NCBI GenBank assembly: GCA_040770465.1
Contig: JAXGJB010000042.1
Location: forward strand, 1 to 22,935
DNA length: 22,935 bases
DNA from: Methanothrix sp.
Lineage (GTDB): Archaea; Halobacteriota; Methanosarcinia; Methanotrichales; Methanotrichaceae
Direction of reading: 5' to 3'
The notes below the pieces were generated by a model. That model did no database searches, was not told the origin of the DNA, and was given only the letters and a program-made list of their open reading frames with translations. The first letter of the stretch is position 1. Each line of letters opens with the position of its first letter. Both the position numbers and the translations under genes were made by a program. Below are positions 18,201 through 22,935 of the stretch, piece by piece.

Positions 18201-18676
18201 TCTCCAGGAGCTGCTGACGTGAAGTTTTGCAGATTCTCACAGTTCACGTAGTACGCTGACGCATTGTCATTTCCTGTCAAACTATAATTGAAACCGGTCG
18301 GTGGTGTCCCCCGGGGTGGATCACCAGATCCAGAAACATGATGAATAGTCGTATTAGTTACCTCTGCTTCCAGCTTGGATCCATCCATCATAGTTACGAT
18401 GTCATGGAAGTAGGTTGTGGTTGTAACATTGCCAGTATAACCGCTTGACAGACATGTAAAATTGACAAATTGTGTCCCATTTATGGAGAGGTTCAGATCT
18501 ACTCGGACCAGAATCCCCTTGCTCGAATCGAATAGGGGAAGGGTGTGATTTGTATGGTATGTTATTTCAGAATACGGAATTTTGCTGCAGTGAACCTCCT
18601 CCTTCAACGCGGCAGCCGATGGGCCCACGATCATAGCGAGCACCGAAAGCAAAAATAAGAACATTCTGAGATTCAT
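15266..18676 (-). CDS. Large secreted modular surface protein: signal peptide, choice-of-anchor-E-like tip, 6 DUF11/DUF7507-type repeats, 2 SdrD-B-like domains, conserved C-terminal tail
   Basis: Signal peptide MNLRMFLFLLSVLAMIVGPSAAA; tip TLPLFDSSKGILVRVDL...CVKYTYD; repeats I-x-I-T-K...I-E-Y-x-I-x-V-C-N-x-G...Y-T-V-T-x-x-D...N-x-A; SdrD-B-like ISGxKYWDKNGNG...NWTIF...G.W.ICNL.PG.Y; many N-x-S/T sequons. Confidence 0.9.
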   Translation of the reverse strand: MNLRMFLFLLSVLAMIVGPSAAALKEEVHCSKIPYSEITYHTNHTLPLFDSSKGILVRVDLNLSINGTQFVNFTCLSSGYTGNVTTTTYFHDIVTMMDGSKLEAEVTNTTIHHVSGSGDPPRGTPPTGFNYSLTGNDNASAYYVNCENLQNFTSAAPGENKSYPVSSDGKGTWVGPASAILVVQTYADSVMCVKYTYDDSKLNITKTGNISGPAGVGEVIDYEIEVCNQATVNVSNVTVRDSLLSGSPFSVGTLVPGGCGNVTVDLNYTVTPDDVCRGWINNTANATGDAECGYFIGTDKNATWNVSTTYNSSINITKTANTTDPLRLGEAIEYYIRVCNTGDITVYNVTVNDSLTGGPYNLGTLDPGDCANVTPDPKYTVTVGDVCGGWVNNTANAAGIDHCGYPVRTKANATLNVTASYDASINITKTANTSGPVSPNEEIEYTIRVCNTGNTTIYNLTIVDNRTGIRDMGTLNVSECKIWYPIYTVTELDICNGSINNSAYAIGEDICGRPVRTGPALANVSAGYNSSINITKVANTSGPVLPDDEIEYTITVCNTGALTVDGVVVHDNRTGDHPIGTINVGQCVPVTAIYTVTELDICNGSVNNSAYATGYDYCGKRVGAGPAWSNVSTEYNASISIAKVANTSGPVSPDDEIEYTITVCNSGTLTVDGVVVHDNRTGDHQIGTINVGQCVPVTAIYTVTERDICNGSVNNSARATGTDYCGDPVITDVAWSNVSTEYNSSINVTKVANTSGPVSLDDEIEYTITVCNTGNLTLYNVTVDDNRTGGYSVAKLEKGECNLTRQTYVVVKDDLCQPIVNIVVAEATDACGDPVTANDSTAVDTVCYHCISGSKYWDKNGNGFRDDNDPPLGNWTIFVDLNDSGILDPGEPNDTTDAGGRWQICNLIPGKYNVSEVVLEGWRPTYPPGGYYDPVNITTENVTGIDFCNTGIYCLSGHKYWDKDGDGVVDPTDEPLENWTIFIDEDGDRTADPREPVTTTGGDGFWKICNLPPGSYTVCEETKSDWIQTCPRGPDCYSVEIVNRSSMSLEFLNYRHERRNEDFIRLGDQTALAWDMSYVDGLANNKIEIDKTQTQRESCSGTDLFNFGNITIEDQAANSTGPGTSGNEVRIVTSQS
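16140..18075 (-). repeat. Six tandem intragenic repeats of about 107-112 aa
   Basis: Repeat starts LNITKTGN, INITKTAN (x2), INITKVAN, ISIAKVAN, INVTKVAN. Units 4 and 5 are near-identical in DNA with a 321-bp period. Confidence 0.93.
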
Positions 18677-18678
18677 CC

Positions 18679-19299
18679 TCAGATCCCTCCAACACTTGAG
18701 CCCCTCGGCTCATACGTATATGTCACACAGACCCGAGACTCTGCAGAGCCCGTCGCCATGGTGATGGAGTTGCCGGGAACCGTCCCTCCTCCGACATATG
18801 TTGCCGAAGCCGGGAGCGAGATCGTCTCGCCCTGGACTGCAGCGATGAAATCGGACGGGTCGGCGTACTCAAGGGTCACCGAGCTACTGTTCGTCAGGCC
18901 ATCAAGGGTCCTGCCCGAAGGGCCGGAGTAATCCTCTTCGCCGTCGAAGCCGGCAAGCTCCTCCTCGATCAGAACGCTAGCGCCGACTGAGACCGGGCCA
19001 AACCGGGGCGTTTCGACCAGGAGCTCGACTGTAGTGTTCGAGTCGACCGTCTGGGGTGCGGAGCCGGTGTTCTCACAGCTGAAATTCTGGACCAATTCGA
19101 CGCCGACGGTGAGGGTGACGCCCAGAAGTTCGCCCTGAATCGGATCGAAGAGCTGAAGAGTGTGGTTTCCCGTCCAGTCCGAGCCCTCGATGTTGAGAGC
19201 ATCGCAGTATGTCACATTTTCCACCTCTGCCAAAGAGGGCGAGATGGCCAAACTAGAAGCGATTAACAGCAAGATAAATTTGTATATGCTCATATCCAT
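18679..19299 (-). CDS. Small secreted choice-of-anchor-E-like domain protein
   Basis: Signal peptide; DWTGNHTLQLFDPIQGELLGVTLT, CENT, FDGEEDYSGPSG, VCVTYTYEP; AAGGAGG RBS; 2 bp upstream of the large gene; similar to that gene's tip domain. Confidence 0.8.
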   Translation of the reverse strand: MDMSIYKFILLLIASSLAISPSLAEVENVTYCDALNIEGSDWTGNHTLQLFDPIQGELLGVTLTVGVELVQNFSCENTGSAPQTVDSNTTVELLVETPRFGPVSVGASVLIEEELAGFDGEEDYSGPSGRTLDGLTNSSSVTLEYADPSDFIAAVQGETISLPASATYVGGGTVPGNSITMATGSAESRVCVTYTYEPRGSSVGGI

Positions 19300-19992
19300 G
19301 AGCCTCCTTCAGAGATCGCCGTCATCTCGTGAGATGGCAGAGAAAGCAACTGCTTATGGCTACCTATTCCGAAAATTCCGATGACCGCCCCACCGATATT
19401 TCTGTGAGCGGTTGAGTCAAAATTTGATATAGACATCCCCCCTCCTCAATCATTCCGATCATGTCTGATGATATATTCGGATTGGCTACTCCCTCCGACT
19501 TGATCTTATCTTGGATCCGTCTTACAGATAATTATAGTAACATGTGATATTTAAATTTTTCGCGTAGCGATGGAGAGAAGATATCCATGTCAAACAAATA
19601 TAAAAACAACAAATCGCAATCCTATGCCGGATAACATATTTAATAATAGACAAATCTTTTAAATATGAAGAGGAGTGCCGATGAGTTAATAAAAACCCAT
19701 CCCAAGTCCATCTCAAGTCGCGATGGAAGTCCTCCAGAAAATGTTAAGTACTTTGTGTGGCCACATATTCAGAAGGATCTTGATTGATGGAGGTCATCTC
19801 TGAAGAGGGACACCAAATAAGTGCTACTGGCTTCATGGTTGGAGCTACCATCTGGAATGGTTGGGAGTCGGTTTCTGGCTCGAGAAGGGCGGGCTAAAAG
19901 CAGATCTCAGCTTCCCAGTCCAGATGCTTCCAGCTGGATAGATGAAGTCGGACGTCATAGGCACTAAATCGAAGGGGGGAATGATATAGTCA

Positions 19993-21606
19993 ATGAAAGG
20001 GAGTAGCAGCTCTGCGGGGACTCGGAGGATCACCGCAGCAATTCTGACGTTACTGATCTCCTGGGCGGGAGCTTGGGCCGAGGATCAGATTGCATTCGAG
20101 AAGACGGCGGGCTCGGCACCGTCCTACGAGCTTCGGTTGAACGACATCGACCATCTCGTAGACGGGAACAATACCTGGCAGAATGAGACCAACGAGACGG
20201 GATACTGGGAGATATGCGGGTTGCCCCCAGGAAACTACACCGTCTGTGAAGTCGAAAAGGATGGATGGACTCAGACTCATCCGGTCGACGGATCCGGAAG
20301 TCCCATCTGTCACACCATTACGATAACAAACTCCAGCAAATCGGATCTGGACTTCTTGAATCGAGGCGACCGTTGCATCTCAGGCACCAAGTACTGGGAT
20401 AAAAACGGCAACGGGATTAAAGATGCGCCAGATTCTCCGCTCGAAAACTGGACGATCTTCGTCGACCTGAACGACAGCGGCATCCTCGATCCCGGTGAGC
20501 CGAACGACACCACCGATGCCGACGGCCACTGGCAGATCTGCAACCTCATCCCAGGGAAGTACAACGTCTCTGAGGTGGTGAAAGCTGGCTGGAAGCCGAC
20601 AAATCCTCCGGGCGGATATCATGATGCCGTAGATATCACCTCAGAAAACGCAACAGATATCGACTTCCTCAACACCGGGATACACTGCTTATCCGGCCAC
20701 AAGTACTGGGACAAGAACCAGAACGGTACCCACGACCCTGGCGAACCGTATCTCAGCGGTTGGAAGATCATCGTTGAAGACGAGACGAATCCATCAAACC
20801 GATGGAGAGTTACCACCAACGGCAACGGATATTGGGAGATCTGCATCCTGCCACCCGGCAGGTACGTCTTCGACGAAGAAGCCCCCGATGGCGAGATCTA
20901 CTGGTTCGCCACCCATAAGCCGAAGGGTGTCACGGTACCTCCAAACTGGACGGACCTGGACTTCGGAAACTGCCGCCTCATTCACGACGAGCCGGACCAG
21001 TACGAGCAGTTCTGCGAGAGCCAGCTCGTTGAGGGGACCGGATATGTAGACGTCGGAACTTCGGTGATGGACAAGAAGCTGGCCATGGATTATCAGAACC
21101 AGATGTTCGGGGAGGGCGATATCGGTATGGAGTCGGCCCAGGTTTATTCTCAGGAGCCGAACAAGCTCATAAGGCCGCTTCCCAACTGCAGCGACGACAA
21201 CAACGGGACGACTCTCCATAAGTTGAACTTCTTCGAGAATACGAAGCTCGAATTCAAAGGAGAGACGCCACTCGTGGGCAAGAGGTCCATCAGCTCCATA
21301 GAACGTTATGGCGGCATAGGAGCCGACGTCCAGGAGACCTTCAGCGTCAGGCGGTTGGAGGCGGACCAGACCATGTTTCTGGGACAGACCAGCAATTCCA
21401 CCATCAGGAAAACCGTAGGAGTAAACACCCTCAACAGCTTCAACGGCACCTGGGGGACGCAATCGAGCCTCCACAAGATATTCTACAAGGATATCAGAAG
21501 GAGGGACCTATTCTCGGGAGAGTTCGAGCTGCAGAGGGAGCTGAAGTTCCACGAGAACCCAACGATCGAACCAAAGATATGCCCCTGTGGGGGAGTGGAC
21601 TGCTGA
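19993..21606 (+). CDS. Secreted protein with 2.5 SdrD-B-like domains and a ~200-aa uncharacterised C-terminal domain
   Basis: Signal peptide (RRITAAILTLLISWAGAWA); a half domain starting at NETGYWEICGLPPGNY, two full CxSGxKYWDKN domains; C-terminal QLVEGTGYVDV...CPCGGVDC. Confidence 0.85.
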   Translation: MKGSSSSAGTRRITAAILTLLISWAGAWAEDQIAFEKTAGSAPSYELRLNDIDHLVDGNNTWQNETNETGYWEICGLPPGNYTVCEVEKDGWTQTHPVDGSGSPICHTITITNSSKSDLDFLNRGDRCISGTKYWDKNGNGIKDAPDSPLENWTIFVDLNDSGILDPGEPNDTTDADGHWQICNLIPGKYNVSEVVKAGWKPTNPPGGYHDAVDITSENATDIDFLNTGIHCLSGHKYWDKNQNGTHDPGEPYLSGWKIIVEDETNPSNRWRVTTNGNGYWEICILPPGRYVFDEEAPDGEIYWFATHKPKGVTVPPNWTDLDFGNCRLIHDEPDQYEQFCESQLVEGTGYVDVGTSVMDKKLAMDYQNQMFGEGDIGMESAQVYSQEPNKLIRPLPNCSDDNNGTTLHKLNFFENTKLEFKGETPLVGKRSISSIERYGGIGADVQETFSVRRLEADQTMFLGQTSNSTIRKTVGVNTLNSFNGTWGTQSSLHKIFYKDIRRRDLFSGEFELQRELKFHENPTIEPKICPCGGVDC

Positions 21607-21611
21607 AAGGC

Positions 21612-21633
21612 GCCAACCCCCCCATCTTTTTTA
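21612..21633 (+). terminator. Pyrimidine/T-tract terminator
   Basis: CCCCCCCATCTTTTTT directly after the stop at 21606. Confidence 0.5.
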
Positions 21634-21682
21634 TCGACCCCGGCATATCCCCACCAATACCAACGGGTGTTTATTACTTATG

Positions 21683-21753
21683 GAGCGCAGAGGGTCACGG
21701 ATACCCCGACCTTTAGGTCGGGATGAAGTGAACCCTCGCCCGTTGTTCTGCTC
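21683..21753 (+). mobile_element. Orphan IS200/IS605-like terminal hairpin
   Basis: CACGGATA-C-CCCGACC-TTTA-GGTCGGG-ATGAAGTG with outer stem GAGGGT/ACCCTC. Resembles, from recall, IS200/IS605 left-end hairpins; no tnpA or tnpB nearby. Confidence 0.45.
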
Positions 21754-22029
21754 GTTTAGATCGATAAAACATTGGGGACTTCCAATAGGAAATCGATAGC
21801 TTATCCATTATCGGAGTATGGCGGACGCTGACCATTCGGAGCCGCCAACAGGAAAAAGCAGTGGACTTTCTCGGAGGCATCAGGTCAGGAGAAGGTGACG
21901 TGAAGCCGGTGGTTTCAGCGGCGCTGATTCCAAGCGGCTGAAGAAGCGGCAGCATCTCGCCCAACGTTCCGCTCCAGTAGTCTGGGAAAGAGAAGAAAGG
22001 AAGGGCTTAAGTCTTAGGTTGCCCTTCAT

Positions 22030-22078
22030 TCTTTAAAAAGAGAAATGGGTCGTCACGATTGGCTCGTGACGATCCTGA
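22030..22078 (-). terminator. Same stop-codon hairpin plus T-tract as at 15263
   Basis: TCGTCACGA-TTGGC-TCGTGACGA (22050-22072), then CCCATTTCTCTTTTT on the minus strand. Confidence 0.55.
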
Positions 22079-22935
22079 TATCGTTGCTGGAAGTGCCCTG
22101 ACCCGTCGATTCGGAGCTTTGATCATCGATCGAGATATTCTCCTGGTTGATCAGGTCTGTCCCAGATCGGCACCCTTTCTCTGTCTGACTCTGCGACTTA
22201 TCGATATCGATCTTGTTTTTCGCAAGGCCGTCTTTGTAGCTCATATCCCAGCCCAACGCGGACTGGTCCCCAATATTGATAGAGTCCTCGTTCCAGAGCT
22301 CGTTCCATGGTCTGTAGTTCAGGAAATCCAATCCTGTCGCATTCTGATCGAAGATGGAGACCGAGTAACAATCAGAACTGCCAGATCCTTGAGGTTGGGT
22401 CTGGGTCCAACCACAGGTCGACTCCTCACAGATGGTGTAGTATCCTGGCGGCAGGTTGCAGATCTCCCAGAACCCGTCACCACCCGTTGTGGTGACGGGC
22501 TCACGAGGGTCCGCTCTTCTGTCACCGTCCTCGTCGATGAAGATAATCCAGTTGGAGAGAGGCTCGTCTGTGGAATCCACCACGCCGTCGCCGTTCTTGT
22601 CCCAGTACTTGTGGCCGGATATGCAGTATATCCCCGTGTTGAGGAAGTCTATACCCGTTTCGTTATCGCTGATTTGGAGAGAATCATAATATCCTCCCGA
22701 TGGGCTTGTCGGCTTCCAGCCTTCCTCCACCACCTCGGAGACGTTATACTCACCGGGGACGAGCTTGCAGATCTCCCAATACCCGTTTTCATCGGTTGTG
22801 GTTTCATTAACTAGCCAACCGCTTTCGTTCCTGACCTGGATCGTCCAGTTTTCCAGCGGGGGATCTTCGATGGGATCTCTTGAGCCGTCGCCGTTCTTGT
22901 CCCAGAACTTGTGGCCGGATATGCAGAGCAACGGA
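22053..22935 (-). CDS. 3' part of a paralogous surface protein (2 SdrD-B-like domains plus the same C-terminal tail); starts beyond the right edge
   Basis: CISGHKFWDKNGDG and CISGHKYWDKNGDG domains; tail ending NDIRIVTSQS, matching the 1136-aa protein. Confidence 0.9.
   Translation of the reverse strand, partial: PLLCISGHKFWDKNGDGSRDPIEDPPLENWTIQVRNESGWLVNETTTDENGYWEICKLVPGEYNVSEVVEEGWKPTSPSGGYYDSLQISDNETGIDFLNTGIYCISGHKYWDKNGDGVVDSTDEPLSNWIIFIDEDGDRRADPREPVTTTGGDGFWEICNLPPGYYTICEESTCGWTQTQPQGSGSSDCYSVSIFDQNATGLDFLNYRPWNELWNEDSINIGDQSALGWDMSYKDGLAKNKIDIDKSQSQTEKGCRSGTDLINQENISIDDQSSESTGQGTSSNDIRIVTSQS

Noticed and set aside
20794-22814. Long ORFs 20794-21474 (-) and 22059-22814 (+)
   Set aside because: Antisense shadows of the surface-protein genes.
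15266-22935. Diversity-generating retroelement (TR/VR) or CRISPR explanation for the repeats
   Set aside because: No reverse transcriptase in the window, too few mismatches for a VR/TR pair, both copies are coding, and there is no repeat-spacer periodicity.

Overview
GC-rich archaeal chromosomal window. Gene content and style suggest a Methanothrix/Methanosaeta-like methanogen (inference). From left to right: the 5' part of an ammonium transporter (amt, absent from the ORF track); an RHH-type regulator; an accessory segment (wHTH regulator, a frameshifted Hfq/Sm-like gene, a truncated metallophosphoesterase, and a pile-up of a full ISL3, an inverted ISL3 isoform remnant and a 206-bp ISL3-derived MITE); a DUF5788-like protein; an xseA-xseB-SGNH hydrolase operon divergent from sfsA; cbiMNQO; a structured convergent intergenic region; larB divergent from endoQ; and a cluster of four modular surface-protein genes (choice-of-anchor-E-like tips, DUF11-type repeats, SdrD-B-like domains). 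The most notable signals are in the surface-protein cluster: a shared C-terminal two-repeat tail that does not look like a known anchor, near-identical DNA cassettes in direct and inverted orientation, and a low-GC tip domain that looks swapped in. Family names come from recalled motifs; no database searches were run.
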